Assembly (NCBI GenBank): GCA_046538485.1
Contig: JBKHIT010000033.1
Span: forward strand, 1-51,539
DNA length: 51,539 bases
Origin: Candidatus Brocadiia bacterium
GTDB lineage: Bacteria > Planctomycetota > Brocadiia > SM23-32
Direction: 5' to 3'
The notes under the pieces are model-generated. The model saw only the letters and a program-made list of their open reading frames with translations, had not been told where the DNA came from and did not search any database. Every line of letters begins with the position of its first letter. The stretch's first letter is position 1. The position numbers were made by a program, and so were the translations under genes. This document shows positions 9,134-18,538 of this stretch, in pieces.

Positions 9134-9574
9134 TGACGACGATCTCCAGGAATAAAAAAGCAAGATTGAAACATGATTGAGCGAGCCGGGAGAATTCCCC
9201 GATGAAATAGTGATTGTAGCGGGAGTTGGGTGACCTTGCCAGTGCGGGGAGCTTTTGCCTCGGCCAAAGAGCCTTAAATAGGCCCTGAAGCAATAAAGTG
9301 GTCTGGAGATGCCGGTTTGGCCGCGGATGCTGAGTAAGAGCACTTTATTTTTGTCACACAATCTTTGGATTGCTGGCGTGTCTCCATCTGTGGTATGAGC
9401 GCCAGGGAGAATTGTATGAATGTTGCTTTAATTTGCTTTATCGCGCTCGCGCGCGCGCAAAACTCAAAAAAGCCAAGAGAGGCATCCTTCTGACAGTGCC
9501 AGGCCCCCGGTTATGCTTTGAACAATTGCTTTTTACCTTGATTTCCCCCTCTTCCTCGTTCTATTTTGATGTCG

Positions 9575-9590
9575 TGTTTCACGTGAAACA
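9575..9590. promoter_or_regulatory. parS site (perfect consensus)
   Basis: TGTTTCACGTGAAACA, 27 nt upstream of the parB ATG. Confidence 0.93.
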
Positions 9591-9617
9591 CTCGAAACAC
9601 TTCAAAAGGAGTTAGGA

Positions 9618-10538
9618 ATGGTGAAAAAACGACGGTTAGGAAAAGGATTGGCCTCATTGATCGGTGATGCCGATACTAAAAAGGATTCAGGGTCCCCGCC
9701 AAATTCCTCGGCAACGGCAGCAAGCGGACACTCAGGGACTCTGCAAATCGAGCTGTCTGCTATTGAACTAAATCCCGAGCAGCCCCGGAAAGAACTCGAC
9801 GAAGAAGCGCTGGAAGGGCTTTCTGAATCTATTAAAAGCGCCGGAGTTCTCCAACCGATCGTCGTTCGCCCGAAAGGTGACCTCTATGAACTTGTTATGG
9901 GAGAGCGCCGGCTGAAAGCGGCTCATAAGGCCGGGCTCGAAACGATTCCCGCTCTGGTCCGTGATATCAGTGATGATCGAATGCTTGAACTGGCTCTAAT
10001 TGAAAACGTCCAGCGTGAGGATCTCAACCCAATTGAAAAGGCGGAAGCCATCGACCGCATGATTGATAATCTGGATTTAACCCAGGAACAGGCGGCGCAG
10101 AAACTGGGGTTGAAACGTTCCACGGTTGCGAATTTTCTCCGATTGCTGGATTTGCCGACCAAAATCCAGCAGATGGTTTCACGTGAAACACTGTCTGCGG
10201 GACATGCCCGGGCGGTTCTGTCGCTGGGTGAACCTGTTTTGCAGAAGAAGCTGGCGAAAAAAATCGTAGACGAAGGGCTTTCCGTAAGAAAAGCAGAACG
10301 TCTGGCCTCACAGGGCCTTAGCTCCTCACGACCATCCCGTCCGGAGCCTTCGCCGCAGGTGAAGCGGCTTCAACGGGAACTGCGCGACGCGTTGAACACG
10401 AAGGTGGAGGTTAAACACCGGGGCAAAAAAGGCAAAATAGTGGTACACTTTGCCAATAACGACGAATTTCAGCGTTTGTATGACCTTATGAGAGGAAATA
10501 GGCGCCAAAAGGGAGATCGGGAGCAATCCGCGGCCTGA
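9618..10538 (+). CDS. parB: Chromosome partitioning protein ParB
   Basis: RRLGKGLASL, NPEQPRK, GVLQPIVVR, GERRLKA, LIENVQREDLNPIE, HTH RSTVANFLRLL; RBS AGGAG. Confidence 0.96.
   Translation: MVKKRRLGKGLASLIGDADTKKDSGSPPNSSATAASGHSGTLQIELSAIELNPEQPRKELDEEALEGLSESIKSAGVLQPIVVRPKGDLYELVMGERRLKAAHKAGLETIPALVRDISDDRMLELALIENVQREDLNPIEKAEAIDRMIDNLDLTQEQAAQKLGLKRSTVANFLRLLDLPTKIQQMVSRETLSAGHARAVLSLGEPVLQKKLAKKIVDEGLSVRKAERLASQGLSSSRPSRPEPSPQVKRLQRELRDALNTKVEVKHRGKKGKIVVHFANNDEFQRLYDLMRGNRRQKGDREQSAA
10175..10190. promoter_or_regulatory. parS site inside parB
   Basis: GGTTTCACGTGAAACA (15/16 match to consensus), encodes VSRET. Confidence 0.85.
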
Positions 10539-10549
10539 AATTTGTGGGC

Positions 10550-10581
10550 AGCAGAGGGCGAAAACAACCTCTGCTTTTTTT
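10550..10581 (+). terminator. Intrinsic terminator after parB
   Basis: GCAGAGG-loop-CCTCTGC followed by T7. Confidence 0.75.
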
Positions 10582-10673
10582 GGTCCAGACGAAACTCCTC
10601 CCGGATCGCATTCTAGAGTTGAAGGGATAATAGCTATACACGTGGAAGACAACCGCTGTATTTTAATCCGTTT

Positions 10674-12134
10674 TCAACCTGCCTCTCGAATTAACAATGG
10701 TTCCTGAGAGCGGATTGTTTCAAAAAGCATCCACGGTCCGACACGGTCGACGTACAGAAAATGCTCGGGGATTCGGCTGTGACGGCCACGCCATTCCAGG
10801 CCGAGTTCGTGCCATCTTTCTACCCGGTCTTGGGTGTTGATCAGGAGATATATGCGCCGACCGGTGAAATCTTCCAACAGGCTTTCGAGTTTTTGTGATT
10901 CCAAATGCATTAAATGGATCCATGCCTGTTGTTCATCGCGACCCGACGCCCGGCGAAATTCATACCCTTCGTATCCGGTGACGATGAAAGATGCATTTGG
11001 AAAACGTTGCTCCAACTCGAAAACCACTTCGCGGACCCTTGGGTCTGTGCGGCGAATCCCTGATGTGAGCAACCTCTTTCTGCCTGCGTGAATCCGGTTT
11101 CCGACGGGCCGATTGTGGGAAAAGTGGCTGTCGAAAAATATCACCGTTGCAACAATTAAAAGGGCGGCTATCCCGACAAAATTGCGAAACTTCTTACCTT
11201 TTCGGCCTGGGACAAGAGATCCCGCGGCCGGCACGCTCAGAACGAACAGCGCGACGAGTGCCAATGTCGTCCACTCACAGTTTGTCGTTAGTATCGCTCC
11301 GGCTTCGGCGGTTCCAATCCGGATCGAATGGGCCAAACCTCGCAGGAAGAAAACGGGATTTCCGAGTATTAGCCAGTTTGCTCCTATCCATAAGATAATC
11401 ACATAAACCCCTGGTGTGAAGAATGTTACAGCTGATCCTTCCAACAGGGAGGGGCTACGATGTTCGAGCAAGACGGCGCAAAAAACGAGGAGGCCAGCCA
11501 CCAAAAGGAGAAAAATTGCCTGATAACGCACGCCCACGCTTAACCCCAGAAGCAGAGCTGCATAAGCCAGGTGGCGAAGCTCAAACTGACGCAACCAGTT
11601 AAGAAGAAATCCCCATCCGCAGACAACCAGCAAGACGAAGAGCATGGTTGTCTGTCCGGAATCAATGCTCATTGCCACCGGGGGGAAAATAAGCAAACCG
11701 CACAAAGCAGGATAGCGCAACCACGGCGATACCCCTTCTGCGTGCCACAGACGGTTGGCGTACAGGATAAGTATCAGTGCAGATATTGCTGCTATCAAAG
11801 ACCAGAACAGGGGGGCGGGCTCAACCCACGGCAAGACCGATAAAATGCCGGCAAGCACCGTGGGCAGTGGGGGAAGACTCATGGATCCGACCAATCCCTG
11901 CCGGCCGCGGCTCTGTCCCTTGAGGAGATCCTGAGCTACTTTAGAACGATGTAACGCTTCTACAGACAAGCCGCTACGACTATGATTGCCGGTTATAAGA
12001 ACGAGGAACGTCACAGCTGAAAATATCCCCACTGCAAACAGTCTCTGCCGCTTTGTGGGGGATCTGTCTTCATCCGCCGTAACCTCTTCAGAGTGATCAG
12101 TTTCTTCGCGAGTCATCCTGAATGGTCGGGCCAA
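10674..12134 (-). CDS. Polytopic membrane protein, likely GT-C fold glycosyltransferase (PMT/ArnT-like)
   Basis: Many hydrophobic helices, PPLP loop, LGLSVGVRYQ, LILGNPVFF; start uncertain (ATG 12116 possible). Confidence 0.6.
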   Translation of the reverse strand: MARPFRMTREETDHSEEVTADEDRSPTKRQRLFAVGIFSAVTFLVLITGNHSRSGLSVEALHRSKVAQDLLKGQSRGRQGLVGSMSLPPLPTVLAGILSVLPWVEPAPLFWSLIAAISALILILYANRLWHAEGVSPWLRYPALCGLLIFPPVAMSIDSGQTTMLFVLLVVCGWGFLLNWLRQFELRHLAYAALLLGLSVGVRYQAIFLLLVAGLLVFCAVLLEHRSPSLLEGSAVTFFTPGVYVIILWIGANWLILGNPVFFLRGLAHSIRIGTAEAGAILTTNCEWTTLALVALFVLSVPAAGSLVPGRKGKKFRNFVGIAALLIVATVIFFDSHFSHNRPVGNRIHAGRKRLLTSGIRRTDPRVREVVFELEQRFPNASFIVTGYEGYEFRRASGRDEQQAWIHLMHLESQKLESLLEDFTGRRIYLLINTQDRVERWHELGLEWRGRHSRIPEHFLYVDRVGPWMLFETIRSQEPLLIREAG

Positions 12135-12256
12135 CTCCTGGAATAAAGTAATTCCCCTTTTTTGCCCCCCGACACTAAAAATTGGAGATTACCCCTTCCC
12201 GGGCGTTATTTCAAGCGCCAAAAGATTCTTTTCGACCCCTGGGGCCTAAAAAAGGA

Positions 12257-12295
12257 TTGACAAACGGGCGATTGTATTATAAAACAGTATAACAA
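12257..12295 (+). promoter_or_regulatory. Sigma70-like promoter with possible operator
   Basis: TTGACA at 12257-12262, TATTATAAAA at 12275-12284, quasi-palindrome TTGTATTATAAAACAGTATAACAA ending at the ATG. Confidence 0.6.
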
Positions 12296-13423
12296 ATGAT
12301 CGAAAGAGATAAACATAAAAAAAGGCAGGGCCGCCCGCCGCGGGAACGAACCAAATTGGTGAAGCGTATTCGTGGCCGTATTCTTGAGGGTCAGTACGGC
12401 CCGGGAGACCGTTTACCCACTCGTAGAGAGATTAAACGTACCAGTGGAACGAGTCTCGTTACTGTACAACGGGCCTTGAGTGATCTGAAAAAGCAGGGTT
12501 TTTTGTCGGCGCGACCGGGAGATGGGACGTATGTAGTGGAACGGCCGCCTCACCTTTATCGGTACGGATTTCTCCTGCCGGCGTCACCGGATGGGCCGGG
12601 CAATCATTTTTTTAAGGCCTTACGTGCTGAAGCTTTACATTTCGAAAAACAGAGTAAGCGGGAAATGGTTTTCTATGAAGGGGTCAGCGGTCCGGTACTT
12701 TCCGATGCGTACGAGAAATTGCTCTCGGATGTACGCTCGCACCGGCTGGCCGGTTTGATTTCGCTTTCATATCCAGCATATCTCGGGGGTACGCCGATTC
12801 TGAAGGAACCGGATTTGCCACGGGTGGCAATCGGACAGGGCGAACCGCGATCAAATGCGAGCGTCGTTCGCATCGATCAGAACGAGTTCCTCAAGCGTTC
12901 GCTCAAGTATTTGCAAGAGAAAGGCCGGGAGAAAATCGCTGTTGTCCTTGTGCTGGCTTTCAGCCGATCGATGGAACCGGATGCCTGGCGTGCGCAGCTT
13001 GAACCATTGTTACAAGAACGTGGAATGACAACGAAAACAAGTTGGATCCAGGCTGTGGATTGCTACTCCGAGCACTGGGCTGCCAATACAAGCCGCCTGC
13101 TGGGGGAAATGGTGGATCGCTCCGGCCCCGATGGCCTGGTTATCGCGGATGATAACGTTGTGGAACCGGTGACCCGCGGACTTGTGGAAGCAGAAGTCAA
13201 GATACCGGAAGAACTCGAAATTGTTGCGCATTGTAATTTCCCCTGGCCCACACCCAGCGCAGCTCCCGTGAAAAGAATCGGTTTCGACCTGCACCGGGTT
13301 CTGGAATGTTGTTTCGAGTTGATTGATCGACAAAGACAAGAAGGGAAAACCCCCGGAATGCTGGAAGTCCCGCCGGTTCTGGAAGAAAATGCGACAAAAA
13401 AAGGAGATCTTCGGCAACTTTGA
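12296..13423 (+). CDS. Transcriptional regulator, GntR HTH + LacI-type ligand-binding domain
   Basis: [49 protein letters not shown]. Confidence 0.85.
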   Translation: MIERDKHKKRQGRPPRERTKLVKRIRGRILEGQYGPGDRLPTRREIKRTSGTSLVTVQRALSDLKKQGFLSARPGDGTYVVERPPHLYRYGFLLPASPDGPGNHFFKALRAEALHFEKQSKREMVFYEGVSGPVLSDAYEKLLSDVRSHRLAGLISLSYPAYLGGTPILKEPDLPRVAIGQGEPRSNASVVRIDQNEFLKRSLKYLQEKGREKIAVVLVLAFSRSMEPDAWRAQLEPLLQERGMTTKTSWIQAVDCYSEHWAANTSRLLGEMVDRSGPDGLVIADDNVVEPVTRGLVEAEVKIPEELEIVAHCNFPWPTPSAAPVKRIGFDLHRVLECCFELIDRQRQEGKTPGMLEVPPVLEENATKKGDLRQL

Positions 13424-13517
13424 GTCTGGCCCGGTAAATGGCGGCGCCCTCAAGAGGATCCGCCCGGAAAGGATAATGAAAATGAATGCGCACGATGGGT
13501 ATGTAAAGGGGGGGGAA

Positions 13518-13976
13518 ATGCCGGAAAATCCAGGGGATCTGGATGTGCGGCCGACCGAGATGCGTGCAAGAAAGACGCGAATTCTTACCTCATCTGGTTT
13601 CACACTGATTGAACTGCTGGTCGTCATCGCAATAATCGCTATTCTGGCGGCAATGCTCATGCCCGCTCTCGAACGGGCACGCAATGCCGCCTGGGTGGCG
13701 ATGTGTGGCCACCGCCAGGGCCAGGTTTTTCGCGGCCTCACGCTGTACGCGTTGGATTACGAAGAATACCCAACAAATTATGAGCGGTACTGGCACCGAT
13801 CGGACAATCCGCATGGATTCCGGTCCGTTATGCGATATGACGACAAAGGTTACAGCAATGGACAGGATGACCACGGGTGGGGAAATTACTTCGATCTGCA
13901 CTACGACCGCAATTACCTTTTTGGCGATGGACATGTAAATTACGTTACCACCCCCGAACGCCGCGGGATTCCTTGA
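13518..13976 (+). CDS. Prepilin-type N-terminal cleavage/methylation protein with H-X9-DG-type C-terminus (DUF1559-like), short
   Basis: [29 protein letters not shown] and NYLFGDGHV; alternative start 13560. Confidence 0.85.
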   Translation: MPENPGDLDVRPTEMRARKTRILTSSGFTLIELLVVIAIIAILAAMLMPALERARNAAWVAMCGHRQGQVFRGLTLYALDYEEYPTNYERYWHRSDNPHGFRSVMRYDDKGYSNGQDDHGWGNYFDLHYDRNYLFGDGHVNYVTTPERRGIP

Positions 13977-14039
13977 TAGTTTGCAACGGGTTCTTCCCAT
14001 AATCACAATAGCCTTTTCCTCCGAACAAGGATCAAAAAC

Positions 14040-17000
14040 ATGCTGGCATTTTCGCGATACGAAATATTTCTCAGAGTTTGTTTCTGGCTTGCCATCGGTT
14101 CCATCATCTCCCTGTCTGCAATGGCCCAGGAAGGCGAGAATATGATCGGCCGCCAGAGCCAGAACGAGGGGATGCGCGCGGTCCCGACTCCCGGCACCGT
14201 GAAAATCGACGGAAAACTGTCCGACTGGGATTGGTCGGGCCGGATCTGGGTTTTCGCCGACAAATCCCTGCGCTCCCGCTACAGCACCGAAGCCGCCGCG
14301 ATGTGGGATGAAAACAACCTCTACCTCGCCGCCAAATGGCGTGATCCCACCCCGATGTACAGTCAGGTCAATCCTGAATTCAACCCGAGCGACGGATGGA
14401 AATCGGATTCCTGGCAGATGCGCGTGAAAACCGACCGAACCCTCTGGATTACTACCTGGTTCTACACGCCAAAAAAACAACCGGTCATGCATTTCGCTTA
14501 CTGGCAAAACGAACGGAACGCCCGGGCGGGACAGGACGTCACAATGCTCACCGCTGACCCCGGCGGCACCGACCTGGGACGCGGAGCTGAAATGGCATAT
14601 CGTAAGAATGAAAAAGAAGATGGGTACGTGCAAGAGATGAAAATCCCCTGGGATTTGCTCTTCAAAAAAGTCCCAAACATCAAGCCAGGACTCGTCTTCA
14701 AACTCGGTTGCGAATTCCTCTGGGGAGACCCGACCGGGAAAACCTGGCCCATCCATCGCTACGCCGATAATATGCAACCCGACATGACCTCACGCGAATT
14801 CTACTGGTCCAACCGCAAGGCCTGGGGCAACATCCGGATTATCAAAGAAAACAACATCGAACTGCGCCAGTACGTTGGAGGGGAAGCCAAACTGACCGGC
14901 GCGATACCCATCCGCCTCGAACTCCCCGCCGACGCCGCACGGTTCTCGCTCGTTATCGAAGATCAGAAGGGCAACCGGATCCGAAACATCGGAGGGCTCG
15001 ATCCCGTCGACTACACCGTGGAGGATCACGGAGACAAACGTCTCGTAGAGGTCCCGTGGGACGGCCTAACAGAATCGCGCTGGATAACCAAAGGACGCAA
15101 GACGCTCGATGTGCCCGGGAAATTGGTTTCGCCCGGAAAATACAACGTGCGGGGACTCTATCACGAAGGGCTTGGAGCGCGCTACGAGATGTGTTTCTAC
15201 AATCCCGGAAAACCGCCCTGGCGTACCCGCGATGGCACGGGCGCCTGGGGAGCAAATCATGTCGCGCCGAAGAATGTCGCCGCCGCCGGAGATCAAATTG
15301 CCATCTCCTGGCCTTTCTCCGAGGGCGGACATTCAACAATCGTCCTCGGCCCCGATGGCCTCAAGCGATGGGGCGAATTGAGGGGCGGGGAGCACCTCGC
15401 GGCGGACGAAAATTATGTCTACACAATCCCCGGCCACCGCGACCCCGCGGTTCTCAATCGTTTCAGTGCCACCGACGGTACATATCGGCCGTTCGTGCTG
15501 GATGGTGAAGAACGCAAATTTGACCTCCAGCTTGCCACCATATTCGGGGAGGAAGTGGAAGGACAACCGGCCGGCCTGGCGGCCAGCGGCGATCGCATCG
15601 CCATAGCGGAGAAAAAAGAAGAGGAGGCGGGAGTGATTGGCCTGCTGGATGCGGACTCCGCCGAAATGTTGCGTTCCTTTGAAGTGCCCTCGCCCACGGA
15701 TGTCGCCCTGCGCGAGATCAATGGGGCCCTCCAGCTCTACGCCATCCTGGACGGCGAGATATGTTATGTGGATGAAAAAAGTGGCGAGATCAACCAGATT
15801 GACACTCCGGGACTTCAGTCGGCAGCGGCTCTCGATATCGATGCGGAGGGTAATGTTGTGATAGCCGATACCGGGCCGGACAGTCAGGTCAAGGCGTATT
15901 CCCCGGACGGTAAACTGATGTATACCTGCGGTCAGAAAGGCGGACGATCGATACGCGGGGAATTTGAACCGGAAGCCATGGTGCGAATGAGTTCGGTCGC
16001 GGTGGAGGCCAGAGGACAGATTTGGGTGACCGAGAATTGGGATTATCCCAGGCGGGTTTCGGTATGGGATCGGGACGGGCAGCTTGTGCGGGATTACGTG
16101 GGCAATACGGGTTACGCGGGAACAGGATGTTACCTGCATGATCAGGATCCGACGCTGGCGTACATCGGTCCCATAGAGCTCGAACTTGATCGATCTGACC
16201 GTTCGTGGAAAGTCACGCGGATACTGTGGGTGCCGCAGGAGGGCGAGCCGTTTCCCGTGAGCACCAAAAGCCATGCACAATCTCAACGGTTCCGCAGTGA
16301 TGTCTCCGGGGAATTGCGTGAGTACATGTACAACAACCCCTATCGCAACTGGCAGCCGCACGTCATTTTTATGGAACGCCAGGCCGGCTGGCAACCCGTG
16401 GCGGCCATAGGTCGGGTCGGATACATTACGGGCAAATGGCCGGATCGAGGGCGTGATGTGGTGCATCCGGAAGGAGCTCTGGCGGATTTTGATGCGAATG
16501 CGACATTCTTCTGGAACGATACGAACGCCGACGCCAGAATACAGCGGGATGAATGTACAATCGTGCCGGCCGAGGACGGCGATCCAGCGTATCCTCTGGG
16601 CAACGGCTGGGGCAGCCGTGTGACCTCCGGCCTCGGCATCTTTGTCAATGGTCTCCGGCGCATAGGACCCACAGATTTCACCGACGATGGGGCCCCCGTC
16701 TACAAACCCGAAGGGATGAAAAACTTTGAAATCGAAGAGCGGGGCGACCTGGTGCCGGTCAGTGAAGAAAACCGTCTGCTGTGTCTCAGCTGGAAAGGCT
16801 ACGCCGGCCCGACCTCCGGAATGCTCGGCATTGATCTGGAGCGGGGAAAAATTGATTGGACGTATCCGAACCCATACCCCGGCGTTCACGGGTCCCATCA
16901 CGCCCCCATGCCGTGGCCGGGACTCCTCATCGGCCCCCTCAAAATACTGGGTGTGGTGCATATTAACGATGAAGTCGGACGGGTCTTCGCCATGCGCGGG

Positions 17001-18047
17001 AATTTGGGGAAAGATTACTTCATGACCACCGACGGTCTCTACGTCGGTTCGATGTTCCGCGACTGCCGTCTGCCGTCCCACTCCCTGCCGGCGAAAGAAG
17101 AACAGCTCATCGGGATGCCGATGGGAACCTTCAGCGAGGGCGGGGAACCGTTCAGCGGTTGGTTTGGCAAACAGGATGACGGCACGATCCGCATGACCAC
17201 AAGCATGGCCCGGACCGCGGCGATGGTCATTCAGCTTTCCGGATTGGAAACGATCAAACGGATCCCCCCGCGGACGCTCGAACTCAGCACGGCCGAACTG
17301 GCGAAAGCGGAGCAATTCAATGCTCTGAAGCAGGCCAAAAAGGAGGAGCCGCGGCGTTTCAGGGTTGCAAAAATGAAAAGCAAACCGAATATAGATGGCC
17401 GCCATGACGATTGGAAAGGCATACCAGACATGCGGATACAACGTAATGGCTCGCCGCGAAATGCCACGGCCCGTCTGGCTTTCGATGCCAAAAAGCTCTA
17501 TCTGCTGATGACGGTGAAAGATCCCTCGCCCTGGGTGAACAACGGAAAAGATTTCACGCGATTGTTCAAGACCGGGGACGCGGTGGATGTCCAGCTTTGC
17601 ATCAATCCTTCTCCGAAACGCCGTGGTCGACAGTTGCTGGAGGATGACCGCCGAATTCTGGTGGCGCCGTATCAGGAAGGGGAGGCGGTGGTGCTGATGC
17701 AGCCGGTGGCGCCGGACGCGCCCGACAGCCAGGCTCGCACCTATGAATCGCCCATCATGACCAAAAATTTCGACAGGGTCGTTTTGCTGAAATCGGCGGA
17801 GACGGCCGTCCGGAAGGAAGGAAGAAGTTACACGGTGGAGATGGGGATTCCGTTGGCGGATATCGGCCTGCAAATTAAGGGAGGTTTGAAATTGCGGGGC
17901 GATGTTGGTTTCATCTCTTCAAACGCCAACGGCACCGCAAACGTCGCCCGCACCTACTGGTCAAACAAACACACCAACCTCGTCAACGATCTGCCGTCGG
18001 AAGCGCTGTTGTATCCGAAAAACTGGGGGGTGCTGGAATTTGAGTGA
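14040..18047 (+). CDS. Large secreted protein: CBM9-like, FlgD-Ig, NHL/beta-propeller, C-terminal CBM9-like
   Basis: Signal peptide; IDGKLSDW, LVIEDQKGNRIRN...WDG, VIADTGPDSQVK, NIDGRHDDW. Confidence 0.8.
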   Translation: MLAFSRYEIFLRVCFWLAIGSIISLSAMAQEGENMIGRQSQNEGMRAVPTPGTVKIDGKLSDWDWSGRIWVFADKSLRSRYSTEAAAMWDENNLYLAAKWRDPTPMYSQVNPEFNPSDGWKSDSWQMRVKTDRTLWITTWFYTPKKQPVMHFAYWQNERNARAGQDVTMLTADPGGTDLGRGAEMAYRKNEKEDGYVQEMKIPWDLLFKKVPNIKPGLVFKLGCEFLWGDPTGKTWPIHRYADNMQPDMTSREFYWSNRKAWGNIRIIKENNIELRQYVGGEAKLTGAIPIRLELPADAARFSLVIEDQKGNRIRNIGGLDPVDYTVEDHGDKRLVEVPWDGLTESRWITKGRKTLDVPGKLVSPGKYNVRGLYHEGLGARYEMCFYNPGKPPWRTRDGTGAWGANHVAPKNVAAAGDQIAISWPFSEGGHSTIVLGPDGLKRWGELRGGEHLAADENYVYTIPGHRDPAVLNRFSATDGTYRPFVLDGEERKFDLQLATIFGEEVEGQPAGLAASGDRIAIAEKKEEEAGVIGLLDADSAEMLRSFEVPSPTDVALREINGALQLYAILDGEICYVDEKSGEINQIDTPGLQSAAALDIDAEGNVVIADTGPDSQVKAYSPDGKLMYTCGQKGGRSIRGEFEPEAMVRMSSVAVEARGQIWVTENWDYPRRVSVWDRDGQLVRDYVGNTGYAGTGCYLHDQDPTLAYIGPIELELDRSDRSWKVTRILWVPQEGEPFPVSTKSHAQSQRFRSDVSGELREYMYNNPYRNWQPHVIFMERQAGWQPVAAIGRVGYITGKWPDRGRDVVHPEGALADFDANATFFWNDTNADARIQRDECTIVPAEDGDPAYPLGNGWGSRVTSGLGIFVNGLRRIGPTDFTDDGAPVYKPEGMKNFEIEERGDLVPVSEENRLLCLSWKGYAGPTSGMLGIDLERGKIDWTYPNPYPGVHGSHHAPMPWPGLLIGPLKILGVVHINDEVGRVFAMRGNLGKDYFMTTDGLYVGSMFRDCRLPSHSLPAKEEQLIGMPMGTFSEGGEPFSGWFGKQDDGTIRMTTSMARTAAMVIQLSGLETIKRIPPRTLELSTAELAKAEQFNALKQAKKEEPRRFRVAKMKSKPNIDGRHDDWKGIPDMRIQRNGSPRNATARLAFDAKKLYLLMTVKDPSPWVNNGKDFTRLFKTGDAVDVQLCINPSPKRRGRQLLEDDRRILVAPYQEGEAVVLMQPVAPDAPDSQARTYESPIMTKNFDRVVLLKSAETAVRKEGRSYTVEMGIPLADIGLQIKGGLKLRGDVGFISSNANGTANVARTYWSNKHTNLVNDLPSEALLYPKNWGVLEFE

Positions 18048-18201
18048 GAGTTTTTTCTTTCAGAGAACCTGCAGGAAGCGCAAATAAAGTGAAAGGGGAG
18101 ACGTAACGTATCGAAAACATGAGAGTCCCGAAGGGCCGATGCAGAGAAAGATACGTTGAACGCGACACGACAATAAATGCGCAGGGCTATCCGAATCCGG
18201 A

Positions 18202-18470
18202 ACTTCTGCGCCACCCCTTCAGGGTTTGGGATTATGCGGTGTTCTGGACTCCCGGGGCTTGCCCGAACAACGGGCGCGCCCCGGGCTACGTCTGCAATCG
18301 CCCCTTCTCAGGGGCTTAAACCAACATAACGAAGCCCACGATATGGGCAATGCAGCGTCAGCCCGTTAGGCGGTGAACCGGGCAAAAGGAAGCCCACGAA
18401 GTGGGCGCTGCAGAGTTAGCCCGGGGCGCAGTCGCGCCGTCGTATGGCGCGCAAGCTCCGGGGTAGAGCT
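18202..18470. repeat. Cluster of REP-like elements, family C (18202-18338 is a direct repeat of 48447-48570)
   Basis: Shared blocks ACTTCTGCG.CACCCCTTC.GGGTTTGG, CCCGGGGCTTGCC, CCCCGGGCTA.GTCTGC.ATCGCCCC, CAGGGGCT; followed by GAAGCCCACGA..TGGGC units. Confidence 0.8.
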
Positions 18471-18538
18471 GAGAAGACTTATCCGAGTTCCCTTAGACAA
18501 TTACCTCCAGATCCCTTTCACAAAAAGGAATAACTGAT

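Noticed and set aside
9134..9361. N-terminal extensions in the ORF track for cpgS (also lpdA to 39476, GH127 from 49059, PTP from 43120, prepilin from 13323)
   Set aside because: Family similarity and, in most cases, RBS position point to downstream starts; some extensions run through repeats or overlap other genes
9134..9617. oriC in the cpgS-parB intergenic region
   Set aside because: No TTATCCACA-type DnaA boxes seen and no dnaA nearby
15333..17873. Long antisense ORFs (846 aa here; also 20423-22060, 13590-14777, 2015-3094, 33905-34798, 41439-42419)
   Set aside because: They shadow well-supported genes on the opposite strand and show no motifs; expected from GC-rich codon bias
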